Made by a program: the position numbers and the translations under genes
Assembly: GCF_964355755.1 (NCBI RefSeq)
Contig: NC_092672.1
Coordinates: forward strand, 36,338,437-36,402,436
Length of the DNA: 64,000 nucleotides
Source of the DNA: Antedon mediterranea
Lineage: Eukaryota > Animalia > Echinodermata
Reading direction: 5' to 3'
Notes under the pieces: generated by a model
What the model was told of the DNA's origin: nothing
Seen by the model: the letters and a program-made list of their open reading frames with translations, nothing else
Database searches by the model: none
Shown: positions 46,401-57,994 of the stretch, piece after piece
Layout of the letters: every line of letters begins with the position of its first letter
Numbering within the stretch: position 1 is the first letter of the stretch

Positions 46401-48500
46401 TATCACTACCATATTTGGGCACATTGTTTTGTCAAACTAGTTTGATACAGAGCTTAGAATTACTTTATATAATTCTATTGGTATTTTTACCTGATGACAC
46501 CGTCAAATGTACCAGGCCGAAAGAATAACCCTTGACCTACGTCGCTATGAATCAGATCTCCTTCACATTCCCGTTCTAGAGCAATATCTTGAAAAGTATA
46601 AAATTAAATTTACATAATTAGTGGACTATGAATGTGAAAAAAAGAGTAAATATTATAAAATATAATATTATAAACTCATCACACTGTACTTACCAAGCAT
46701 TGCTTTGCTTATATCAAGGCCTACCCAATAGTGACCATCCTCTGTAAGGCACTCTCCTGACAGACCAGACCCACATCTGACCAATAAGAAACATGTTTAT
46801 AATAGTAACACAGGGCTGTCATGATAGGTAACAATTACACAACAATAATAATAATAGTAGTTCAATCTTATATAGCGCATTATAAGCAAGCTCTCAATGC
46901 ACTGAACAATATAATCACATGAATTTTACACTGCTCCTGTCTATGCTTCTATCTGTGAAACAGGGATGTAGATGAGAATTAATAAAAGTGGTCTGTTTTT
47001 TGCAAGAAAGGGGATATTTTTACTGTACTGTGTATTTTACTTTTTGTTTTAACATTTTACTGATTTTATTCTATTTTTATATTAAGTTGTCATGAGAAAA
47101 AACCAATTTCAAATCTATTTAACAATAAAGTTATCTTGTATCAATTTCTATTCAAGCCATTGGGTTGTCAAAAGCTACTGTGAAAAAGTGGTCATGTTGA
47201 AACCTAACCAACCGTACTGGTGGCTACGGCTCTGTCAAAGAAAATCTATAAATGTAAGAAGTGGTAAAATAAACGCATTATGTTCTTGATAACAGCAGAT
47301 ATACTTACCCAACATCTAAAATATAACTTGGGGTGTCTTGAGGCAAAGCAAGTAGTTCTATAGCACGTGAAGACATTGTCATCTGGATTTCAATCATTCT
47401 GGTGCTGAAAAGAAAGGTAATTCACAACTTTGATTTAAATCTAATTATAATATCAATAATCATTTGGATCTAAATGATTTTTTTGCTAGTGACTACTATT
47501 ATTTTATTTTTATCAATCGCAGCAAAAAGTTTACGCTCCGGACAAGCAGGTGACAATAAATTAACACAACATACACACACAAGTTGCTCTACAAAAACAA
47601 AGTATAAAGTTTTTGGGAGTGGAGTATTATCAACAAGAAGAAATCCTGACATCTGACAGGATTTTAATCCTTTGGACCAAAGAATTACAGATATTTTAAA
47701 CCCCAATACTGCAAGTGTGATTGTAAGATTATTTTTCTAGATAACCTGTGAAAATACAAATGTTTTTTTTAGCAACATTGAATCTACCATTAACAGTATT
47801 AAAAAATCTTTATTGATAATTATTATTATTATTAATTATATCGGTTAACTGTAACAGTATATGTAATTTTATATTCATGATTTAAGATGAAACATATGAT
47901 GGTAGGCCTCCGACTCACTTTGAAGTATATTTTTTTGCTTCATCTTCATTGTAAAACTATTGAAAGAAAAATAAACAGTTATAAAAGTGATGGTAATATT
48001 TGTAGTAATTGTAGACAAGAGCGACTTAATTTGACATGTATGAGGGACATATCATACACCACACTCAGTCCCATCTGAAGGACAAGGGATCTAATCAAGG
48101 CAACAAGATACAAGATCTGACATAAAATTATATTATTACACCATTTTGCAATAATATTATTAATAATTATGTTTATGTGAACAAACTAAAGAACTATCAA
48201 TCATGTCATAGCCTAGGCCTCTAATAACCTTCAGCAGCAGCCTACTATTACTATTTCTGAAGGCTAGAGCCTGGGCTTGCTACTGAACTAAACTCTGTAC
48301 AACAACACTACAGCCTCAGCAGAGAGCAGGCCTATCTCCAGTCTCTATCATATCTAGCCATAATACCAACAACAACAGGACGTAGTCGTACGTAGGCCTC
48401 TAACTAAACTAGACCTACCTTGAAGTTGAGTTTTTATTAAAATATTATTACTCACAATTTCTGGAGGAGCTCTGTGCTCTGGTCGTCTACCAGAAGCCAT
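43442..48500 (-). CDS. BUD23: 18S rRNA guanine-N7 methyltransferase BUD23/WBSCR22 (280 aa)
   Basis: Exons 48456-48500 ([15 protein letters not shown]), 47919-47956, 47309-47404, 46694-46776 (SAM motif LDVGCGSGLSG across the junction), 46491-46587, 45674-45770 ([12 protein letters not shown]), 44901-45037 ([13 protein letters not shown]...[17 protein letters not shown]), 44505-44553, 43689-43834, 43442-43496 ([17 protein letters not shown]). Confidence 0.97.
43914..44235. mobile_element. Kolobok-like MITE family C (TTAA TSD)
   Basis: TTAA|AGATATATTGTCCCC ... GGGGACAATACATCT|TTAA; related copies with damaged left ends at about 45215-45539 and 54531-54877. Confidence 0.82.
46012..46363 (+). mobile_element. 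5'-truncated L2/CR1-group LINE 3' end inserted in a family A MITE
   Basis: [21 protein letters not shown] and LRSS...[18 protein letters not shown]...[10 protein letters not shown] are typical ORF2 C-terminal motifs; 3' stem AGCGCCAT...ATGGCGCT; (GATT)n tail; candidate TSD GGATAT at 46006-46011 and 46364-46369. Confidence 0.85.
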
Positions 48501-48868
48501 TATAAAAAAATATATAATACTTAAACTATGTGCAACAATATTTTGTTTTACTTAAACATAGTTTTATATTGAAAACATTAAAGAAATAATTGGCATGTGC
48601 TGTGTTTGATCTGAAGTTGAGGGTTTTAAAAATGTCAAAGTTCATAATTGTAGACAAATTCATTTAGTAAACAGGTAAAATTATTTCGTGTGGTAAATTC
48701 TTCCAAATACGAGTAACTAAATAAAATGTCTAAGCAATTTTTAAGTAAAATAAAACAGAATTGTAAATAAGTTATTGTTTATCTGATTTACAAATGTTAT
48801 TTATAATACACTTAGTTTATACATAGTTAATTTCTCAGATCATAAATAATGGTATCGGCCAAAAAAAA
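48501..48868. promoter_or_regulatory. Putative bidirectional promoter of BUD23 and DNAJC30
   Basis: Only 368 bp lie between the two divergent ATGs; inferred from geometry, no specific motif assigned. Confidence 0.65.
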
Positions 48869-49930
48869 ATGTCAGCCTTGTTATCGTTGGTTTCGCCGAC
48901 ATTTCAGCGTCTTACAAAAGTAGAATGTATTTGCAATTTCAGATGTATTTATGGCAATAAATATACATTAAGATACCCTAATGTAAGTTAGATGTTTTTG
49001 CAATGTTTTAACTGTATATATTGTTCATATTCTTCGAACCAAGGCCAAGCTTTAGTTTGGCCTAGGCCTAGGCTAGCCTTGAAAAAAAAAAAAAAAAAAA
49101 ATTGTGGGAATAAAATGGTCTGTGTAGGCTGAAAAACAGGGTGACATTTTAAGGAAGTGATCTGTTCTAAATTTCATTCAAAATATTGTAAGAATGTTTC
49201 AGTCTGTATTTTTGTGAAATTGTATTTATTTAATAATTATTTTAATTAAATTAATTCAAGACATTTTATTTTAAAATATATTTCTGACTATCTACCTTGT
49301 GAATTCTATTTTCAGAGGCATCTGGTGTTAACATTGGGTGTTGCAGGAGGCATACATGAAATCCAGAAATCACATCACAATGTTTTACACATTTTCAGAA
49401 CATTTGCCAGCAGAGTCAAATCAAGAACTAGTTTTTATGATACTCTCGGAGTTACACCCAAAGCAAGTCAAGCGCAAATAAAGTCTGCGTACTATAAGCT
49501 GAGCAAAGCTTTCCACCCAGATCGCAATCAGGACAATCCTACAGCAGCAAGCTCATTTTCTGATATTAACGAAGCATATAGTGTACTTTCAAATGCAAAA
49601 TTACGAAAACGATACGATAATGGTATATATAGTTCGCGGGATCTTACTCACGGAGTGAGAGATGAACCTCTTATACGAAAACGAGAGAAGAAGATAAGAA
49701 ACACGCGCTCTGAAGTTTACAATGATCAAGGCGAAAGGATGTACGATTTTGACGAATACTTTCGTGCACATTACGGAGAAGCTTTGGATCGAGAACAGAG
49801 AGAAAGAAAAAGTCGGAAAAAGCGTCAAAAAGAATTTGATAAAATAAATGAAGTGTATAGAACTAGTATGACATTCTTGGTATCTGCAGCAGTCATTTCA
49901 GTTGTCGTTGGATTGCTGTTTATAAAGTAG
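48869..49930 (+). CDS. DNAJC30: Mitochondrial J-domain protein DNAJC30/WBSCR18-like (242 aa)
   Basis: Exon 1 48869-48982 (MSALLSLVSPTFQRLTKVECICNFRCIYGNKYTLRYPN|gtaagt) joins in phase 0 to ttcag|49316-49930; J domain YDTLGV...IKSAYYKLSKAFHPDRN, DNAJC30-like YDFDEYFRAHYGEAL motif and a C-terminal TM helix; head-to-head with BUD23. Confidence 0.9.
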
Positions 49931-50754
49931 TTGCATAATAAATATATATTTCAGATTTAAAATGTTATTGATGAACATAAAAGAACATTTTGCTTGCACT
50001 AGGTTGGATATACAGTCTCCTCAAGCGTGTACCATAGTTTATCATGATTTAAGAGTCAATGTGCAATCTTCTCTCACATTAACTAAAGCTCTGTCTACAC
50101 TATCAAAAAAGTTTGACAATAAAAGTGTAAAGTACCCAATTATGGTAGCGATATTACATCATCATGTCCATATATGGGCACATCACATTTGTTTTGTCAC
50201 ATAAAGTTTGATAGTGTGGACAGAGCTTTACATCAGATATAAACTATGTATGAACAATTTAAATATTAAAATAATATATTTTCATTGATATATCAAGTAT
50301 CATTTATTTTCATTTGTTTTAAGAAAAAAACAGAAATTCTGTTTGCTCTGCTGTCAGAACACAATATCCAACGGACACAACATGAACTCAAAAACAAAAC
50401 ATTACAAAAAAGTGTCTACATGATGTTCAAGGCTCTAATTGCTATTTCATGATGAAATGCGTATTTATCAATGGAAACTCAATTATTTATATATCAATTC
50501 ATTTCAATTATGTAATTAATAAATTATATCAATTTACTTTCAGATTCTAAATGACAATTGTTTTCAATTTATATTTTATAGAATATGTTGAATGAGAATA
50601 AATAAATCAAATCGTTTAGTTTTTCATTTCTGATTTTTGTTCAGACATGGCAACTTATAAGTTTATCTCAAACCTCATTTAAAAAAAAACAATCAAAAGT
50701 TTTGCAGAGTGTGGTTTCTGTAAAAAAAATTTAAAGAAAACAATAGCCAATTCA

Positions 50755-51340
50755 TTTAAGTGAATTTATTATTTATTACATACGATATTTTACATTGTGA
50801 AATCTAGTCTTTATACACTACGTCTTCTAATATACAGTATATAGTAAAACACCCATTAAAGGGACACATTGGGACCCCATTAAGGGGACACATTGGGACC
50901 CCATTAAGGGGACACATTGGGACCCCATTTAAGGGGACACATTGGGACCCCATTAAGGGGACACATTGGGACCCCATTAAGGGGACACATTGGGACCCCA
51001 TTTAAGGGGACACATTGGGACCCCATTAAGGGGACACATTGGGACCTCATTTAAGGGGACACATTGGGACCCCATTTAAGGGGACACATTGGGACCCCAT
51101 TTAAGGGGACACATTGGGACCCCAAAAAAGTGTCCCCTTAATAGGAGTTTAAGTGAATTTATTATCTATTACATACGATATTTTACATTGTGAAATCTAG
51201 TCTTTAATATTTATACACTACGTCTTCTAATATACAGTTTATAGTAAAACACCCATTAAGGGGACACATTGGGACCCCATTAAAGGGACACCATTAAGGG
51301 GACACATTGGGACCCCAAAGTGTCCCCTTAATAGGAGTTG
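50755..51340. repeat. 24-25-bp minisatellite CCATTAAGGGGACACATTGGGACC inside a duplicated block
   Basis: About 11 units at 50853-51123; the flank at about 50756-50880 is repeated at about 51148-51290 with a shorter array; each array ends with inverted AGTGTCCCCTTAATAGG (MITE-like). Confidence 0.88.
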
Positions 51341-52319
51341 GTCATAGTGCTAAAACACATATCTCCGCATTCATATCAGAGGAAAGTGTCCCATTAAATA
51401 GGCATGTACCAAAGGAAGGGTTCTACCTGTTTTCTACCTGTTTTATATTCTTTAAGCTCTGTCTACACTATCAAACTTATTTGACAAAAAAAGTGTGATG
51501 TGCCCAAATATGGTAGTGATATGCCCAGATATGGTAGTGATATGACATCATCATGTCCATATATGGGCACATCACATTGTTTTTGTCACATAAAGTTTGA
51601 TAGTGTAGACAGAGCTTTACTTTTTTTGAATTACGGTTTTTGAGGATAAATCTATTGAAAAATGACAGTTTACTGAGTTTAATATCCATAATATAATTTG
51701 AATTTCTATTTTACAATAAATTTATTATTATTATGTTTGCAACATAGAAAAAAAGGAAATAAGAAAATTAAATCATATATGAATGTGTTTATTTTAAATA
51801 AACACTTGTTCTGAGTATCATTATGCACACCTAAATCCTTAAAGATCTAAAAAAAGAATATTTACACTAATCTTATTAAATTGCTGAGTACAAATAGAAT
51901 TATTAAGCTGTTACTATTAAATAGTAACTTAATTTTTATAGCAAAAGCATGAACTAGAATCTTTATAGACCCATGGCAGCCAGGAGACTATTTTTGTAAT
52001 AACGTACATATAGATAGAATAACAATTCCAGAGACTGTATTATTATCCGTATATTAAATCTTTTGAGTTGTGTTGTCCACATTCCCAAATGTCTAGGGCC
52101 GATTTTCTTTTATTATTGCGAAATTACGATCTATCCTGATTTTTAATTGTAAGTGTACTGAGGAAATTCTACATATTTTTTTTGGCCCAAATTAAAAATG
52201 TGTTTTTAATTAAATTCACAACCACTTAGCGCATAAATTTGATGAATAGGCGATAAAAAGAAAGGTTCGTCTAAATAAATATATTATTCTATATTAAATT
52301 TATTATGGCTAAAATTGCT

Positions 52320-55300
52320 TTATCTAGGATATGACCCGAGGGTGGGCATAGCAAGACGAGGCATATACTGGGTATTGTGGTATCCACCGCTCATCTGTGG
52401 TTGGTAGGCTTGATTTAATGAGTATGGGTGTTGGTACGGGGATCCTTGGGGCGGGGCTATTTGGGGTGTGGCTCCTTGGGGAGGGGTATTATATGAGGCT
52501 ACATGCTGCGGTGTTCGTACAAGTTTTTCAAGTTGTTCCGACTTTGTTTTCTTTAAATTGTACACCAGCCGTTTGGCACGGAACTCCTCAACAAAATCAT
52601 CAACTTCAGTTTTTCCATCTAAAAACCTTTCTGCTATTTCCTGCAAATTAATAATAATTATCAATATTATGGGAGTGGAGTTGTAATTTGTCATTAGAAA
52701 AAATCCTGAAATATGACAGGACTCGAACCCAGGACCCTTGGATTGGTAGCCGAGCCTCATAACTACCAAACCACAACTCCACTCTGAAGCCACAACTCCA
52801 CTCTGAAGCCACAACTCCACTCTGTGAAGCCTCCTCTACACTATCAAACTTAATATGTGACAACAAAATGTGATTTGCTCATATAGGACATGATGATGTC
52901 ATATCACTACCATATTTGGACATATCACTAGCATATTTGGGCACATCCCATTTTTTGTTACATAAACTTTTAAGTGTAGACAGAGCTTTAGGCACATGTT
53001 TGTAGGCCTTACTTACCTCAGCATCATCTTCAGCCTGTGAAGCCGACGCTTGTAATAATTCCAAGACAGAATCTAAGGAGTGTTTACTGGACAATATACC
53101 TAAACAATTATGAACAATAGCATGATTATAATTATGTATAAACACATACACACATCTATATATAAATTATGGTTAATTCTGACATAGGCGAGCACAATGC
53201 AAAAACTTCTCTACAAATCTCCGCCTTGGATACCTACCTTATCTATCCGAGATGTACCGCGAAACGTAGATTTGATAACATTAGTGTGCACGCCGACGCT
53301 ATTGTTCCATATTTATATCTTAGGAAGATGTTATAAAGAGTTTTTTAACAACATTTATGATTTCAACATTGGATTTTCCTCTCAATTTCAATTCTTCCCG
53401 GTCAAAGTAATTTCCGGGTTTAAGATAAGTTCACCTTAGTTTCAAATATTTTCTCTCTTTTATACACAAGGGAGCAGTTAAAATAATAGAATAATAGATT
53501 TGACCCTAAAGGTGACTGGAAACAGGCACTTTCCATCAATCAATACAGTGTCCCTTTGGAAGACGAAAAAAAATTGGCCATTAATCATAGCCATTTCAGT
53601 TTTTTGTTTATTTTAAAACATACCACACGTGTGTGAAGGTACAGTAGTTAAATAATAGGAATTATACTGCAAATTAATAAAGATCAAATTAAATATACGC
53701 CATAAAGAATCAGAATATATTGTGGGGAATAGTATTATACAATTACATAGGGAGATTTGATAAGACATTTTTCGAGTGAAATCCCGATAGCTGAGTTTTA
53801 TTGAGTAAGCTTGCAGGAATAACTGTAGGCTATCTTCCTGTGTCCCGTTAGGACCGAGATGTCTTCCCATGTTGCAAGCCGTAATGTCTTCTTTCTTGGG
53901 CCCACTCTGTCACGGCAGTTAGTTTCAAAAGATGATTAAATTAAATAATGTATTAATAATTATTAGGATGGTATTCATTTGAATAAACGCCTCTCCAATA
54001 AAACATCACTTTGAATAATAACCCCCCCCCCCCCCACAACCCAACTATCTAATAAACGTCCATCCACATATTTATAATAACACAATTATACTATTTGTAG
54101 TAGAATTCACCGCACTGTTATCTGCAATTTACCAAGCATTTGTTATTCTTTTTTACCACTTTTCATATCTATGAGAGGATTTCATTTGATTATAAATGTT
54201 ACCATATTATTAGAACTAAAACATTTAACATATATCCCTCGAATAAGCACCTCCCTCAAATGACCTCCGCCTCCCCAAAGGGCCCTACCAAACAATAAAA
54301 ACTATACTTTAAAATGTTATTAATCATCTAAAACACTGTGAAACAAAGTAGTTCAGTTTTACGAATGTCAAGCATTTTCAATAATGGTAACCGACAGAAA
54401 ATGTATAAGGAGAACATTATCATTCCGAGAACCATCGTCTACACTTCCTAGAGGGGGAGCGAGCGAAGCGAGCTCACCCTCTAGTGTTATAAAAGAGAGA
54501 GGGGTTGAAAGAATAAATTGTAACTAGTTAATGTATTGTCCCCAAAAACATGAAAATTAAAGATTAATAAAACAGACTTTAAATACTGTATATTATTTTG
54601 AAGTTTTAATAAAGGTAATCACTTCCGTAGAAAAAATAACTGAAAAAATTAATGTTTTCACTTATAAAATGACAAAATAAATTGTTAAATTTAACCAAAA
54701 ACCCATTGGCTGGCAGCCAATTGCACTATTTTTTTTTGCTTTAAATTACAGTTTTTTAAGTAAATGCATTTTTTAAATCCAATTTTGGTCAATGTGGATA
54801 ACTATTAGGTGACATTGAAATGGCATATTCAACAAAACATTTTTTAAGAATTATTTTTTCAGGGGCACAATTAATCTTTAAGGAGAAGTAATCTGCATGT
54901 TTTTTTGATAAAGAGAAGTAAGAGAAAAACAGAAGTGGATGAACTGCTAACAACAGTACAATTTATAACCACAACTAAGAATGTCAAAGTAAGTTTTCAT
55001 GCAATTTAGAAAACAACTTCTTACTTTTTGAATTTGTTTCAGGAATTTGATCAGAGTTAATTATCGCCTCCTTCTGTTTCTGTTCTGGGATTATAAAATC
55101 ATGTTCAGGGATTGTATGTGAAATCACCAATTGGAACCAAGATGCTTAATGCGGTAATGTCATACAATTTTATGCATGGTTAGGGCCAGGTATACGATAT
55201 GCATGGTTAGGGCCTGACATATACAATGTATTTCAGAGCCTGTAGTAAAATATTATATGTATAACGCTGGCCTGTCATACAATATTATGCATTATTAGGG

Positions 55301-56624
55301 CGAGCTGTCATAAAATATTATATCATAACAGGCATATTAATGAATTACTGATTATAATTATTAGTGGATCATTTTTCAATGTGGTTGATTTTTACTGGTA
55401 TTAAAAGAAAAAAAGTTGAGAGCATGCATCAGTAAAATGCAAATTATTATGCATTAAATGATTTAAAGTGACTTTGCAAACTTTATAATTTTTTATAATT
55501 AATTATTGAATTGAATTTTCCTGAAAAAAAATATTGTTTCAATTGCGAAATTCTACTCATGCTTTAGTTTGTTAGCTTGTTGTCAATTTAGAAAAGCATG
55601 CTATTAAATCAGCCTAATTCCAAACATTCATTATTGTACAAATTGTGAAGTTAATAAAAAAAAGCATGGAGGTACAACAATTTTGGAATAACCATGTTTT
55701 CATTTCATTAAATTGAATAGGCATTTTGTTTATAATAATATTATATATATTAATTATAATAATGTTTTGTTCAATATTTATATCTGCAATGTTTAATATA
55801 GGTGGAGTTATACACAGTAAAATTCAGTCCGCCCACTAGTGTAGCTACTTTTCTCAGATTTCGTGACATCTTTTATGCATGATTTACAACTTACTAAGGT
55901 TGGCCATGTTCTGTTCAAATGTCTCCCTAAGTTGCTGGTTTTTCGCATATGCTCTTGCAAGTGTCTGTCTACCTTCTGTTAATCGTGGTTCTCTTGATAA
56001 ATTGTACTCTGCTAAGCTACGATTCTCAGCTAAAAACATTTCAGAAGTTAATTTGTCCGCTTTTACCTGTGAACAAGAAATTGAATCTGACATTATTCTA
56101 CAATTTCCTTCTGTTTATAACTGTACATATGTTAAGATAATAATAAAATTATAATTATAATAATAATAATATATAGCTCCATTTCGTAAAGATCAGAGAA
56201 CTTCGAGTGTTATGTTATGTTACGGTTATGGTATGAAAGCCTTTAGTTCACAAAATGTTGAAAATTGAGCATTACAGTATGATGAATCTAATTTTAGATT
56301 ACTTACTACATCTAAATCCGTGACAATATCAATAACCTTATTTTCATTATCAAGTAGATCTTGTAGTTCTTCTTTAGTTAATTTATCTAACTGCGGGAAC
56401 TGGCTGGGTTGCTTCACCGGTGGTTTTGGGGCTGGTTGTCGGGGTTGTATTGGGGGACGTACAGGTGACTGTGTTGGTTGGGGAGCAGGTTGTGGAGGTC
56501 TGGAATACTGTTGATGACTTGGGTAAGGTACTGGATATCGCTGTTGGTGTGGATATGTTGGTGGAGGCTGGACTGGGTAGGGAGCCCTTTGTTGTGGGTA
56601 GGAATATGATGGCATATAACTCAT
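52320..56624 (-). CDS. VPS37B: ESCRT-I subunit VPS37 (B/C/D-type, Mod(r) domain; 297 aa)
   Basis: Exons 56307-56624 (Pro/Gln/Tyr-rich, then LDKLTKEELQDLLDNE), 55895-56066 (LAENRSLAEYNLSREPRL), 53017-53099 (LLQASASQAEDDAE), 52320-52640 (EIAERFLDGKTEVDDFVEEFRAKR...); 894 nt, phases consistent. The paralogue letter cannot be determined. Confidence 0.9.
52679..52780 (-). mobile_element. Short tRNA-derived SINE head
   Basis: Minus strand TGTGGTTTGGTAGTTATGAGGCTCGGCTACCAATCCAAGGGTCCTGGGTTCGAGTCC (box A and box B); related copies at about 27525-27590, 44745-44837 and 59845-59912. Confidence 0.65.
54448..54485 (+). mobile_element. Possible Helitron/Helentron 3' terminus
   Basis: GC-rich hairpin around GAGCGAGCGAAGCGAGCTC ending in CTAG|T; 5' end not located. 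Confidence 0.45.
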
Positions 56625-57994
56625 AGTTGGCAATCTCTTCTCCTAAAACCAAACAACTTGTATCTTTCTTATTCTGTAAAATAAAACTAGTTTAATTCAA
56701 ATTCTGAATATAACTGTTATATTCTGAATTTGATTGTGATTATCATTTATGTTTCTATGTATTTTATAATAAAAAGAAGATATATATAACTTATAAGTGC
56801 CTAATTAATTAATTATGCTATAGTATAACTCCATATGGTTTTACATGAGAACAAGAAATACTGTCTAATCTATTTTACATTTTTACACATTTTCAATAAA
56901 ATAGTATAGCCTAGAGGCCCTATAGATCTATACACAATTTTTCCAATTTATTTAAAAATATAATAATTTTTATAAAACAATTAAATTTAATAAATTAAAT
57001 TAAATAATTTTTAAATAAAATAAAATTTCCATTTCAATAATTTAATTATTATCTTTTGTTTTCAATTCAAAACCTTTCATTTTTTTTTAGATCTTACAAA
57101 TATTAAAGTTCACACAGGTGAGATTGTATGCTCATCAGAGGCTCGACCTCTGTGGCCTCTCAACCTCTGTAAGGTGAATCAGGATACGATTTACTTTGTC
57201 CGCCAGCACATGCAGTGAGCAAGACGAAATTGTTCCGGTCGTCTACTACCCGTCTTGACTGTGTGTGATGGCTACACTACACAGGCCTAGCGCCAGCGCC
57301 TAGGGATGAGAATCCATAGCGGGGATCGGCGGCCTAACTAGAGAGACAGATAGTATATCAAACAGACTACAATATTATAAGTTGTTTAGGATTTATCTTA
57401 TACAAACTTACCAGTTTTTTAGGCTTTCATCAATACAGTAAACCACGATTTATACCATAACAATGAAGTTTGACGAAATAAATGACGACGGAAAAAACAT
57501 AACGTCGGTGACTAATTAATGGTTTACGCCCTCTATGCAATCATATTCAAGAAACCAAAACATATTTGTTTTAGCTCATCTCTTCAATATTTTTCAGGAA
57601 TTTTGAGAAATAAGTATACAGAAATAAAACATTTACACATTAATTTATTTCAACAAAAATGAATTCTATTATTAGAATATATACATATCCACAGGAAATA
57701 AAATCAAACAACTGTTATAGGCCTTTATGCTTTGGTACACAGAACACAAACTGAATGTACACATGTAAACTTCTCCCTACTGAAAGAAATGATTTGTTTC
57801 ATATGCATAACAGTACTTATACAGTACCATAATGTCATAATTCCACCATGGTATTAATTGTACTAACGAAAAGAACATTGTGTTTTATTTGTGAATGTGT
57901 TGCACTGTATCTTCCTTGCAAGATCACACAAATTGTGTAACATTAACTTAATGAATAAAATAATATTATGGTATATAAATAAATATTTAAATCA

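Noticed and set aside
55025-55085. Donor-flanked short open stretch inside VPS37 intron 2
   Set aside because: Flanking exons already join in phase with a continuous Mod(r) domain, and no convincing acceptor was found.
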